Part shown: positions 23,163 to 31,324 of the stretch, piece by piece
How positions within the stretch are numbered: the stretch's first letter is position 1
How the letters are laid out: each line of letters opens with the position of its first letter
Sequence record: PP526941.1
Reading direction: 5' to 3' (one strand)
DNA: 64,000 bases
Source: Escherichia phage vB_EcoM_ECO78
The notes under the pieces: generated by a model
What the model was told of the DNA's origin: nothing
The model's database searches: none
What the model saw: only the letters and a program-made list of their open reading frames with translations
Program-made: the position numbers and the translations under genes

Positions 23163-23819
23163 ATGGCAGCACCTAGAATATCATTTTCGCCCTCTGATAT
23201 TCTGTTGGGTGTTCTAGATCGCTTGTTCAAAGATAACGCTACCGGGAAGGTTCTTGCTTCCCGGGTAGCTGTCGTAATTCTTTTGTTTATGATGGCGATT
23301 GTTTGGTATAGGGGAGATAGTTTCTTTGAGTACTATAAGCAATCAAAGTATGAAACATACAGTGAAATTATTGAAAAGGAAAGAAATGCACGCTTTGAAT
23401 CTGTCGCCCTGGAACAACTCCAGATAGTTCATATATCATCTGAGGCAGACTTTAGTGCGGTGTATTCTTTCCGCCCTAAAAACTTAAACTATTTTGTTGA
23501 TATTATAGCATATGAAGGAAAATTACCTTCAACAATAAGTGAAAAATCACTTGGAGGATATCCTGTTGATAAAACTATGGATGAATATACAGTTCATTTA
23601 AATGGACGTCATTATTATTCCAACTCAAAATTTGCTTTTTTACCAACTAAAAAGCCTACTCCTGAAATAAATTACATGTACAGTTGTCCATATTTTAATT
23701 TGGATAATATCTATGCTGGAACGATAACCATGTACTGGTATAGAAATGATCATATAAGTAATGACCGCCTTGAATCAATATGTTCTCAGGCGGCCAGAAT
23801 ATTAGGAAGGGCTAAATAA
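23163..23819 (+). CDS. t: holin
   Basis: 218 aa with one N-terminal TM segment and a large periplasmic domain, as in T4 holin T. Confidence 0.9.
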   Translation: MAAPRISFSPSDILLGVLDRLFKDNATGKVLASRVAVVILLFMMAIVWYRGDSFFEYYKQSKYETYSEIIEKERNARFESVALEQLQIVHISSEADFSAVYSFRPKNLNYFVDIIAYEGKLPSTISEKSLGGYPVDKTMDEYTVHLNGRHYYSNSKFAFLPTKKPTPEINYMYSCPYFNLDNIYAGTITMYWYRNDHISNDRLESICSQAARILGRAK

Positions 23820-24092
23820 TTATTTGTTTGTATACATCTCTAGATATCGATATACACCCTCAAAACCCTCGTTGAATTCGTCGATGAGGGTTTTCTTATC
23901 TTCTTGAGTTAATTCAGAAACAATTTTACGGAATGAATTTTGATTTAACTTTCTACCTTCATGTGTTACTCCAATCTCATTCAGAAATGCAATAAAATTA
24001 GCGCGATTCTCAACAATATCTTCTCGGGAAAATTTAATCAAAATAGACGCAACAGTAATAATTTCACGAACTGTATCAATGTTTTTATTCAT
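23820..24092 (-). CDS. asiA: anti-sigma70 factor AsiA
   Basis: 90 aa, MNKNIDTVREIITVASILIKFSREDIVENRANFIAFLNEIGV...; convergent with t. Confidence 0.9.
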   Translation of the reverse strand: MNKNIDTVREIITVASILIKFSREDIVENRANFIAFLNEIGVTHEGRKLNQNSFRKIVSELTQEDKKTLIDEFNEGFEGVYRYLEMYTNK

Positions 24093-24104
24093 TAACTATA
24101 CCAC

Positions 24105-24257
24105 TCAATTAGTTGACTTTGTTATAATATCATCAGACGCTTGATTTGTAAACTGGTCTGTGTTATTTTCTTCAAAAATTTTTTCTACGAATTCCTTGAA
24201 CGACTTACGTTCCTGAGCTACATTGTGCTCGATTACCTTTTCAAGATTATGACTCAT
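24105..24257 (-). CDS. hypothetical small protein
   Basis: 50 aa (MSHNLEKVIEHNVAQERKSFKEF...), below the track cutoff; ATGA overlap with the arn stop. Confidence 0.3.
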   Translation of the reverse strand: MSHNLEKVIEHNVAQERKSFKEFVEKIFEENNTDQFTNQASDDIITKSTN

Positions 24258-24532
24258 TCGAAATAATCTTCAATTTCATAATCATGGACATAAATCATTA
24301 TAGTTTTTAATACATCATCGATACTTTTTCCTGGAGCTGGAATTACGTAGAAATATCCTGCTTTTGAGAGGTCTTTATAAGTTCCAATCAAGAAATCATT
24401 ATTCTCGAGATGTAGTTCTTCAACTAATTCATTAACAATTGAGTGGTATAAATTTGGTAGAAACTTATATAGCTTTTCTAGAATATCAATTTTGATTGTG
24501 TATTGAACCACAGACTGAGAATCAATAATCAT
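24254..24532 (-). CDS. arn: anti-restriction nuclease Arn
   Basis: 92 aa, MIIDSQSVVQYTIKIDILEKLYKFLPNLYHSIVNELVEELH... Confidence 0.8.
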   Translation of the reverse strand: MIIDSQSVVQYTIKIDILEKLYKFLPNLYHSIVNELVEELHLENNDFLIGTYKDLSKAGYFYVIPAPGKSIDDVLKTIMIYVHDYEIEDYFE

Positions 24533-24615
24533 AGACCTTCCCCTTGTGTTTCTGTTTGCGATTAGATTCTTTAAACGCTTTCTTCTTATCCTTATGAACA
24601 GAAGCTTTATTAAAA

Positions 24616-24834
24616 TTATGTTTTGCGACTAAATTGTTCATAGTGCTGAATTACCTCTCTTAAACATTTGCATGTGAATGAAAACTTTTTAGCTACACCA
24701 CATTCAAATATATGTTCTCTTAAATCACGTGTATCGGTATATCCCATCTCAACAATAAAATGCCGTATTAGATTTTTATCTTTATCGTTAAGAGAATTAA
24801 AATAATCGGATTTTGAATTAATTTCCCTGGCCAA
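24616..24834 (-). CDS. hypothetical protein (arn.x position)
   Basis: 72 aa with CxxC...CxC cysteines. Confidence 0.4.
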   Translation of the reverse strand: MAREINSKSDYFNSLNDKDKNLIRHFIVEMGYTDTRDLREHIFECGVAKKFSFTCKCLREVIQHYEQFSRKT

Positions 24835-25114
24835 ATTGAATCACCTTCAGTTGACGTTTTAGTTCTTTTATCATTTCTTCGTTCATCGCAATATAAAGAT
24901 CGCGTAAAGCAGGTTTTAGCATTCCATTTATTGGGGAACTAAATGGACATACATAATCTTTTCCTACGAGCTTTTTGGTGAATTCCATATTACAGAATTG
25001 AAATGCCGGTTCATTGGTATAAATTCCCCAATTAGTTGACATCATTTTATTAGCATATTCCAGTGCCTGGATTTGATTCGTAATTCCATCAATTTGAAAC
25101 TTTTTAATATTCAT
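24818..25114 (-). CDS. hypothetical protein
   Basis: 98 aa. Confidence 0.4.
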   Translation of the reverse strand: MNIKKFQIDGITNQIQALEYANKMMSTNWGIYTNEPAFQFCNMEFTKKLVGKDYVCPFSSPINGMLKPALRDLYIAMNEEMIKELKRQLKVIQFGQGN

Positions 25115-25575
25115 TAGTAAAGGTCCTCAGAGTAAAGTTCTTTTTCACTACCACCACGTTCAATACGTACTTGTCCAGCGTAAGTTGCAATAATCATTGC
25201 TTCTTCACGTGTCCAATAATTACTATATTGGTCAATAAATCCTTGGTCATCATCACAAACTTGCTGAGTAACTAATTGAGGTTTAACTACATCTAAAACT
25301 TCTGCCATATCTTTAGAATAATGACGAGCACCTGGAATAATAAGAGTTCGTCCATCTTTTAATTTAAAACGGTTGGCTGCGCAAACAATTCGTCGTTGAT
25401 ACTTTTGGTTTTCATCCCAGTACGCAGTCTGCCAACAAATTTCAGGAACTTCTTTCAGAATATCTTCTTCTGTGCATTTATAACCATGTGCTTTAAATTT
25501 TTGAACAAGACTTTCTGGAGTCTCACGAGATAAAGGAACATTCAACATTTTTAAACGATTAATAAATGGGTTCAT
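25114..25575 (-). CDS. hypothetical protein
   Basis: 153 aa; start overlaps upstream gene stop. Confidence 0.45.
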   Translation of the reverse strand: MNPFINRLKMLNVPLSRETPESLVQKFKAHGYKCTEEDILKEVPEICWQTAYWDENQKYQRRIVCAANRFKLKDGRTLIIPGARHYSKDMAEVLDVVKPQLVTQQVCDDDQGFIDQYSNYWTREEAMIIATYAGQVRIERGGSEKELYSEDLY

Positions 25576-25901
25576 TTAAACCATCCTTTAATACGCTGCC
25601 ACAAAGTTTTCTGCTGAGTTTTGTTAACACCAATTGAACGAATAACTGGTTGAGATTCCTGGAATTCTTTATAATCGGCAAGGTAAATTTCGTAAGCTGC
25701 ATCCGTAAATGAACTTATCGCTGCCATAAAATTATTGCGAATACCTACTGGAGCATCTTTACTTTCACGAATAATCATGTATTTACCAGTCTTAATCTTT
25801 ACGATAGTTCCAAGATAAGCTCCATGGTACCAAATATCCCAACCCTCTTGAGTAGGTTCTGCGCAACGACGAAGTTCATTAACAATTTCTAACTTGTTCA
25901 T
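25572..25901 (-). CDS. hypothetical protein (motA.1 position)
   Basis: 109 aa. Confidence 0.45.
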   Translation of the reverse strand: MNKLEIVNELRRCAEPTQEGWDIWYHGAYLGTIVKIKTGKYMIIRESKDAPVGIRNNFMAAISSFTDAAYEIYLADYKEFQESQPVIRSIGVNKTQQKTLWQRIKGWFK

Positions 25902-25911
25902 TATTTATTCC

Positions 25912-26547
25912 TCACAGTTCAGATGCTACGGTGATTACTGCTTCAATGTTTTCTGCCGAGCGTTTAATGTCAAGATACACATTACCGTTTTTAGCGATTT
26001 TACATGACATTCCGATGTCAGTAAATTTCTGAATATGATGTTCCATCATTTTATATCCAAAAATTCGCATATTTCCATTGTTGTTAATTTCAAAATTACG
26101 AATTCCGTGAGTGCGTTTTTCTAAAATAGCGAGATAATTACTACGATAAGTTTCAACCTTTTTAAGAACAAATCCATTTTCATCTAAAAGTTTTAACATG
26201 AAGTCTTTATCTTCTTCCATATCAGAAGTAATCTCACGAGCTTTACGAGTTGCCCGTTTTTTCAGTAATTCTGGAGCATTTTCCTGCGCGTATAAAGTTG
26301 CTGCATTTGAAATAATATCCTGAGCTTCACCAGTAATGATTAATCCATCACCGGATTTCTCCACCAGGCCTTTTTTAATCAATACCCCAATATTACTATT
26401 AACTACTGCGTTACCTAAATCTGGATGCACCTCACGAACTTCTGCAGCTGTAATGAAATCTTTCTTAGCAATAGTAATTAAAATCGCAGCAGTTTTTTCA
26501 TTCAGAACATCGTTAGAAGCTTTGATGATGTAAGTTACTTTAGACAT
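25912..26547 (-). CDS. motA: middle-transcription activator MotA
   Basis: 211 aa, MSKVTYIIKASNDVLNEKTAAILITIAKKDFITAAEVREVHPDLG... Confidence 0.9.
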   Translation of the reverse strand: MSKVTYIIKASNDVLNEKTAAILITIAKKDFITAAEVREVHPDLGNAVVNSNIGVLIKKGLVEKSGDGLIITGEAQDIISNAATLYAQENAPELLKKRATRKAREITSDMEEDKDFMLKLLDENGFVLKKVETYRSNYLAILEKRTHGIRNFEINNNGNMRIFGYKMMEHHIQKFTDIGMSCKIAKNGNVYLDIKRSAENIEAVITVASEL

Positions 26548-26588
26548 TTTCTAATCTCCGTAATTCTGTATCAGTAGTTGATAGTTGT

Positions 26589-26618
26589 ATAGTACCACAG
26601 TATGCTTTGGTTGTAAAC
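26589..26618 (-). promoter_or_regulatory. early promoter of motA; second copy of the 69-bp repeat
   Basis: GGTTTAC-18-TGgTACTAT then ACAACTATCAACTACTGA; A/T-rich upstream tract. Confidence 0.5.
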
Positions 26619-26636
26619 CATTTTGTGAAAAATTTT

Positions 26637-26669
26637 TAAAATAAAAAAGGGAGAGCCTCGGCTCTCCCT
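26637..26669 (-). terminator. rho-independent terminator after gene 52 and the small ORF
   Basis: Minus strand GGGAGAGCC-GAGG-CUCUCCC followed by U-rich run. Confidence 0.6.
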
Positions 26670-26673
26670 AAAA

Positions 26674-26823
26674 TTACTGCATGACTGTGATAACTGTCAT
26701 GATAACACGTTGAATTCCGAACGCAAGAAGACCTCCTGCTACTGCTGGAACAACGCCTAAACCCGCCAGTAAAATGCTACCAGATACTAAGGCCGCACTC
26801 GTGATACCGATGAATGGACTCAT
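26674..26823 (-). CDS. small hydrophobic membrane protein
   Basis: 49 aa (MSPFIGITSAALVSGSILLAGLGVVPAVAGG...); ATGA overlap with the gene 52 stop. Confidence 0.4.
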   Translation of the reverse strand: MSPFIGITSAALVSGSILLAGLGVVPAVAGGLLAFGIQRVIMTVITVMQ

Positions 26824-28148
26824 TTGATTTCCTCTAAATCTTTGGTGTATTCGGTAACTACATCAGTAGTTTTCCAATATTCGTTTTCTTCTTTTTTAGC
26901 TTTAGCTTCTTCAGCAAGTTTCTTTGCTTCGTCGGAAGTCATATGAAAAATATTCATTCCAACTAGTTTATCAACATAAGAAGAATACATATCGATTTTC
27001 GAAAGTTCTTCGGTCAGTTCTTTACGAGTTTTACCTTGTACAACAATTTCACCTGAAATTACTTTCTTAATGAAATGTGCCTTGGCAAAAGCTAAACGAA
27101 ATGCTGATTCAGTTTCTTTGATTTTGTTATCAATTCGTTTTTGGACATAAGTTTTACGAACTTCAACGAAGTCTTTGATTAAATCAACTACGTTATCGTA
27201 AACTTGCAGCTTTCCTTTCTCATTAATGACGGTAATATTCTGAGAACGCCGCTCAATCAACCCGAAGTCTTTCATAATTTTTGCATGACGTTCTTCTTCA
27301 TTATCGCTCAAAGAATATTCTTTGCGGAATTTAACTTTGAAGCCAAAACCATGCTCACCGCAAGCATCATCCCATGTAATGAAGCCTTTATCTTCAAGCG
27401 GGTCTAAGATTTTACTCACATAAGTTTCACGATCATACTTATACGGAATCTCAGTGATATGCATTTGAGTTCGTGAAGTAAACTTATATGTTCCACGAAT
27501 TTCATATTGACCATCAATCTCAACGACTTCACCACGAAATTCTGGGAATTCTACCTTTGGTTTAGTTACTTTCTTTCCTTGAAGAGCTTGCAGTACAGCT
27601 TTCTTGACAGAAGAAACACTATGAGGAAGAATGTAAGTTGCATAACCAGTTGCAATACCGGAAACACCATTAAGAAGAACAGTAGGAATAATAGGCAAAT
27701 AGAAAGCAGGCGGAATGTGTTCTTTATCTTGATGTACCGGAGCATATTCAGTATCTTTATATACGTTATAGAAATTTTTACTTACACGAGCAAAAATATA
27801 ACGACTTGCCGCTGCTTTTTGAACGGTACGAGAACCAAAGTTTCCTTGACCGTCTAACAAAGGAAAGTTATTATTCCAAGTGTTAGCCATCAAAGCACCT
27901 GCGTCTTGCGCAGAGTTTTCACCATGATGATATCCAAGGTCTGCTACACCACCTGCAATAGAAGCAAGTTTGTGAAACTTATCTTTATTTCCTCGCGCCA
28001 AATCAAGAGCTCGAGCAATAACAAATCGTTGAACTGGCTTAAATCCATCAATCATATTTGGAATAGCACGATTTTCAACCGTGTACATAGCATAAGCCAA
28101 TGCTTCATTATCAATGATACTTTTTAAATCGCGATTATTCAGTTGCAT
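26820..28148 (-). CDS. 52: DNA topoisomerase II medium subunit gp52
   Basis: 442 aa, MQLNNRDLKSIIDNEALAYAMYTVENRAIPNMIDGFKPVQRF... Confidence 0.9.
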   Translation of the reverse strand: MQLNNRDLKSIIDNEALAYAMYTVENRAIPNMIDGFKPVQRFVIARALDLARGNKDKFHKLASIAGGVADLGYHHGENSAQDAGALMANTWNNNFPLLDGQGNFGSRTVQKAAASRYIFARVSKNFYNVYKDTEYAPVHQDKEHIPPAFYLPIIPTVLLNGVSGIATGYATYILPHSVSSVKKAVLQALQGKKVTKPKVEFPEFRGEVVEIDGQYEIRGTYKFTSRTQMHITEIPYKYDRETYVSKILDPLEDKGFITWDDACGEHGFGFKVKFRKEYSLSDNEEERHAKIMKDFGLIERRSQNITVINEKGKLQVYDNVVDLIKDFVEVRKTYVQKRIDNKIKETESAFRLAFAKAHFIKKVISGEIVVQGKTRKELTEELSKIDMYSSYVDKLVGMNIFHMTSDEAKKLAEEAKAKKEENEYWKTTDVVTEYTKDLEEIK

Positions 28149-28152
28149 AAAT

Positions 28153-28293
28153 TTACCATACTAGTGAATGTAGTGCCATAATAACATCAGAAATGAAAAG
28201 CACGACTTGAATTAATCCGAACATTACTCCATAATATAGTGCTACCAATAAAGTAGCAAGGGCTAATGAATAGCCCAAGATTTTCTTAATCAT
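28153..28293 (-). CDS. small hydrophobic membrane protein
   Basis: 46 aa (MIKKILGYSLALATLLVALYYGVMFGLIQVV...), below the track cutoff. Confidence 0.35.
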   Translation of the reverse strand: MIKKILGYSLALATLLVALYYGVMFGLIQVVLFISDVIMALHSLVW

Positions 28294-28441
28294 TTTTTGA
28301 ACCGATACAAGCGAATAGTGATAAAACCGCTAATAGGCCTTGGGCTGATGCTTGTAAAAATACTGAAGTTTCTCCAGTTACCAATGTTCCAACAAATAAA
28401 AAGGACCAACAGAAAAAGGCTATACCATGAACAAATTTCAT
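28286..28441 (-). CDS. ac: small membrane protein, probable Ac
   Basis: 51 aa (MKFVHGIAFFCWSFLFVGTLVTGETSVFLQ...); size and position match T4 ac as recalled. Confidence 0.5.
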   Translation of the reverse strand: MKFVHGIAFFCWSFLFVGTLVTGETSVFLQASAQGLLAVLSLFACIGSKND

Positions 28442-28448
28442 ATTTTCC

Positions 28449-28529
28449 TCACTGGCGTCCGAAGACGCCTTTAGTTTTAAGATTGTTACGATAGAACTGC
28501 ATCACGTGTTCGTTATGGAAATTACTCAT
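28449..28529 (-). CDS. stp: Stp peptide
   Basis: 26 aa [26 protein letters not shown], matching T4 Stp as recalled; 1-nt overlap with the ndd stop. Confidence 0.7.
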
Positions 28530-28972
28530 TAATATGCCTGCAAAACAAATTTAAAGTTATCAGCCAACATACGGTTCATTTCTTCAAGTGTTTGATACTC
28601 AGAATGATGATTGCGAGTAAACGCCAAAGCTAACTGACCTTTACCAAATCCTGTCGTCAGAGGTTTCATCTTAGAAGCAGGCAGATAAAACACTGTGTAT
28701 ACCATATTGTTATTTGCAATAGTACGCGCAAGTTGAGACCGGCGTTGACGAATATGACTTAGAACCGCACTGAATCCTTGCTTAGAACGCTGATTACCTA
28801 CATAAAATCGTGCAGACACGCATGAACCATCGAATTCACTTACTAAAAAGTAAAATCCAGGTTTAGATAAAATATCTTTATGTGGAGTTCCTAAAAACCA
28901 TTCACCACCCTTGATTGTACCAATAACAGTAGCGCCTGCATTGTTCAGATCAGTAACAGTCATATATTTCAT
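28529..28972 (-). CDS. ndd: nucleoid disruption protein Ndd
   Basis: Track ORF extended; likely start [25 protein letters not shown] at 28972 with SD GAGGAAA. Confidence 0.85.
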
Positions 28973-29032
28973 ATTAATTTCCTCTAAATTATTTTCTACT
29001 CCAAGGCCGCATGAATACACACGGCCATTAAA

Positions 29033-29248
29033 TTACTCGTCGCAGTCGACGCTCAATTCCCAAAACTCTTCTACAGTATAAGTTTCAGTATCATTTTCAA
29101 TACAGAAACGTTCATTACTGTTATTTGCTAAAGTAGCGTTAACTGTCATTTTCTCGCTGGTGCTCTTAAGAGGTGAAATACGAATTAACTGATCACCGTT
29201 ATCTAAACAAAAAATTTCACCAACTTTTACATCTTTAAAGATTTTCAT
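29033..29248 (-). CDS. hypothetical protein (ndd.1 position)
   Basis: 71 aa; SD GAGGTG. Confidence 0.45.
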   Translation of the reverse strand: MKIFKDVKVGEIFCLDNGDQLIRISPLKSTSEKMTVNATLANNSNERFCIENDTETYTVEEFWELSVDCDE

Positions 29249-29256
29249 AATTCACC

Positions 29257-29367
29257 TCAAGGAGTATAAAATCCAAATGCAGTTGTTGACCATCCCATCC
29301 AATATGGAAAATTTGCGCCAATGTAAAACATGAGAATATAAAACCAACCGCTCAGCAAATTCATCAT
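29257..29367 (-). CDS. tiny hydrophobic peptide
   Basis: 36 aa MMNLLSGWFYILMFYIGANFPYWMGW...; ATGA overlap with upstream stop. Confidence 0.3.
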   Translation of the reverse strand: MMNLLSGWFYILMFYIGANFPYWMGWSTTAFGFYTP

Positions 29368-29582
29368 TTTACACCATTCCAAATTGTTTCAACCACGGAT
29401 TTTAAACCATTTTGATGAATATCCATTCCGACTACCGCCATCAAATAGATTCCAACTACAACTGAACCTAAGGCAAAAATCAGCATGAAAATGAATAAAG
29501 CTGGAAAAATATTATCGAAAAACCATTCAATAAATGTAAAAGCACTGCGTTTACGCTTCATATTTTCCTCACATAAATCCAA
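29364..29582 (-). CDS. small membrane protein
   Basis: 72 aa with one strongly hydrophobic segment; true start may be internal. Confidence 0.4.
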   Translation of the reverse strand: MDLCEENMKRKRSAFTFIEWFFDNIFPALFIFMLIFALGSVVVGIYLMAVVGMDIHQNGLKSVVETIWNGVK

Positions 29583-29682
29583 AGTAAACGTTTAATACAT
29601 CAATCATTAAAACGATTGGGAATATACTCAAAACTACTAGTATTATAACTACATTCCATATAGCTTTAATAATCTTTTTCAT
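29569..29682 (-). CDS. tiny hydrophobic peptide
   Basis: 37 aa MKKIIKAIWNVVIILVVLSIFPIVLMIDVLNVYFGFM; SD GGAGG; track ORF 29569..29778 is an artefactual extension across the promoter. Confidence 0.4.
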   Translation of the reverse strand: MKKIIKAIWNVVIILVVLSIFPIVLMIDVLNVYFGFM

Positions 29683-29710
29683 TTTCTGTTCCTCCGTAGT
29701 TGATAGGGTA

Positions 29711-29740
29711 ATAGTACCACGGAGGAACAGTCTTGTAAAC
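29711..29740 (-). promoter_or_regulatory. early promoter with 11-bp spacer/SD inverted repeat
   Basis: GTTTAC aagaCTGTTCCTCCGtgg TACTAT ...CGGAGGAACAG aaa ATG; perfect inverted repeat 29686..29696 with 29720..29730. Confidence 0.5.
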
Positions 29741-29746
29741 AACTTT

Positions 29747-29845
29747 TTAAAAATATTCGTAATAAATGTGAATACCAACTACTACCGCTGAAACCTGCGC
29801 AACCCACCACGCACAAGCAATAAGTACAGAATTCAAAATTTTCAT
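29747..29845 (-). CDS. tiny hydrophobic peptide
   Basis: 32 aa MKILNSVLIACAWWVAQVSAVVVGIHIYYEYF. Confidence 0.25.
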   Translation of the reverse strand: MKILNSVLIACAWWVAQVSAVVVGIHIYYEYF

Positions 29846-29928
29846 AATAACCTCATTACAAAAGTAAATGTTAAACAAATTACTGGAATACTAATTAACC
29901 AAACAAAACACCACCATAGTGAACTCAT
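29842..29928 (-). CDS. tiny hydrophobic peptide
   Basis: 28 aa MSSLWWCFVWLISIPVICLTFTFVMRLL; ATGA overlap with the next ORF. Confidence 0.25.
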   Translation of the reverse strand: MSSLWWCFVWLISIPVICLTFTFVMRLL

Positions 29929-29956
29929 AGCTCAATCTCAACGATTTTCATTTTAC

Positions 29957-30175
29957 TCAATAATCCGCTAAAAGATCGACGATTGCATCACGAAGACACT
30001 TATTCGCAATACGTTTAAGAGCAATTTCAGTTTCTGGAGCATTTTGAATAATCATTGAATTCAATTCAGCCTCAGCAAACTGAAGTTCTTTAACTAATTC
30101 AGCTTTATATTTCCCTTGCCCTTTCTTAGCTTTTGCTCGTTTTAATTCAGCTGTAGTAAACATTTTATTCTCCAA
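29957..30175 (-). CDS. hypothetical small basic protein
   Basis: 72 aa; SD GGAG. Confidence 0.45.
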   Translation of the reverse strand: MENKMFTTAELKRAKAKKGQGKYKAELVKELQFAEAELNSMIIQNAPETEIALKRIANKCLRDAIVDLLADY

Positions 30176-30197
30176 ATCCGTATCAGTTGATAGTTGT

Positions 30198-30227
30198 ATA
30201 GTACCACGGTCCTTGTGGTATGTAAAC
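30198..30227 (-). promoter_or_regulatory. early promoter (GTTTAC-18-TACTAT family)
   Basis: GTTTAC ataccacaaggaccgtgg TACTAT ACAACTATCAACTGA. Confidence 0.45.
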
Positions 30228-30244
30228 CGTTTTGTGAAAATTTT

Positions 30245-30802
30245 TTAAATGGAAAGATACCATCCGTTGTAGTTGCTTTTTCTTACAACCTTACGAAGGT
30301 CTTCTCTATCACCGATGAATTTCGGAGTGTACTGGATGACACCTGGGTGAATTTCTTTAGTGTTGAATATAATTATACAGTCAGCGACCTGATGATTCAG
30401 AATAGGCCCTAGATTTATTCCAGAACCATATGGATACTCTCCGCTGCATCCTGTTGTTACAGAAATCCAACGTGAGTCAGTTTGATGTGTCTTAACTTCT
30501 ACACGAAGCCCGCAGTATCTTGGATGCGCCAATACATCCCATGCGTATGTATACGGGTCATTAACATCCTCTTGGCCTTTGTTAACATACCCGCTTAGCC
30601 AATCTGCTACAAAAAACTCTGCGTACACCGCGATACGACATCTTTCGATAACTTCTGCTTTATCCTGGTTCGGGTTTTGTTTTAAAGAGTATCTTGCTGT
30701 ATCAGCAATTTTGACCTTCATTTCACTAGTCAAGTCACTGTTCGATAGGGTAAATGTCGGAATCTGAAATAGTCTCTGTAAACCCGGATTCGTTTTCTGC
30801 AT
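30245..30802 (-). CDS. denB: endonuclease IV
   Basis: 185 aa; length and position (between ndd region and rIIB) as in T4. Confidence 0.8.
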   Translation of the reverse strand: MQKTNPGLQRLFQIPTFTLSNSDLTSEMKVKIADTARYSLKQNPNQDKAEVIERCRIAVYAEFFVADWLSGYVNKGQEDVNDPYTYAWDVLAHPRYCGLRVEVKTHQTDSRWISVTTGCSGEYPYGSGINLGPILNHQVADCIIIFNTKEIHPGVIQYTPKFIGDREDLRKVVRKSNYNGWYLSI

Positions 30803-31064
30803 TTAGACTTTCCTTTTTACCGCTGAGATAAGCGTTATATACTTTAAGAGTGCCGTAATAAATTCGGTCATTTTCATCTAAAGACTCACGGTCAAGTTCA
30901 TCGAGTTCCTTTTTATCCATGACTATAATATCATTGCAGTAAAGAAACCCAAGTTTTTCGTGACCAAACTCAAATTTATTGCAGTACACAATATTAGCGT
31001 GATGATTTCCGTGCAGTTTAATCTCTTTTATGTCGGAATCACCGATATTCATACAATAAATCAT
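30735..31064 (-). CDS. hypothetical acidic protein (denB.1 position)
   Basis: 109 aa; 3' end overlaps the denB start by about 68 nt in another frame. Confidence 0.35.
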   Translation of the reverse strand: MIYCMNIGDSDIKEIKLHGNHHANIVYCNKFEFGHEKLGFLYCNDIIVMDKKELDELDRESLDENDRIYYGTLKVYNAYLSGKKESLNAENESGFTETISDSDIYPIEQ

Positions 31065-31080
31065 AATTTTTCCTTAAAAC

Positions 31081-31100
31081 AAAAGGGCCGAAGCCCCTTA
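31081..31100 (-). terminator. rho-independent terminator
   Basis: Minus strand GGGGC-UUCG-GCCC followed by UUUUUGUUUU. Confidence 0.55.
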
Positions 31101-31101
31101 T

Positions 31102-31296
31102 TTATTTGAATTGTGCAATTCTTTTTTCTAAACAATCTGCGTAAGATTTCATTGAGATGAACTGTGAAAGCAGTAATTCTTGCTCAACTTCATTAATCGT
31201 TAGAAACTTTGCGCTTTCTAAAAATTTACTCAGTGCATTAATTTTGAGCATTAATTGATCGTATTCTTCTTTTACTCGTGCTTGATAACCTAACAT
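31102..31296 (-). CDS. hypothetical protein
   Basis: 64 aa; SD AAGGAAAA. Confidence 0.45.
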   Translation of the reverse strand: MLGYQARVKEEYDQLMLKINALSKFLESAKFLTINEVEQELLLSQFISMKSYADCLEKRIAQFK

Positions 31297-31324
31297 AATT
31301 TTCCTTAGTTAAGGGCCGAAGCCC

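Noticed and set aside
29569-29778. Long versions of track ORFs 29569..29778 and 56847..57281
   Set aside because: Their N-terminal parts translate straight across the conserved promoter element (both contain FTKLFTRLF...TTEE.KMK). The real genes start at the internal ATG that follows a GGAGG SD.
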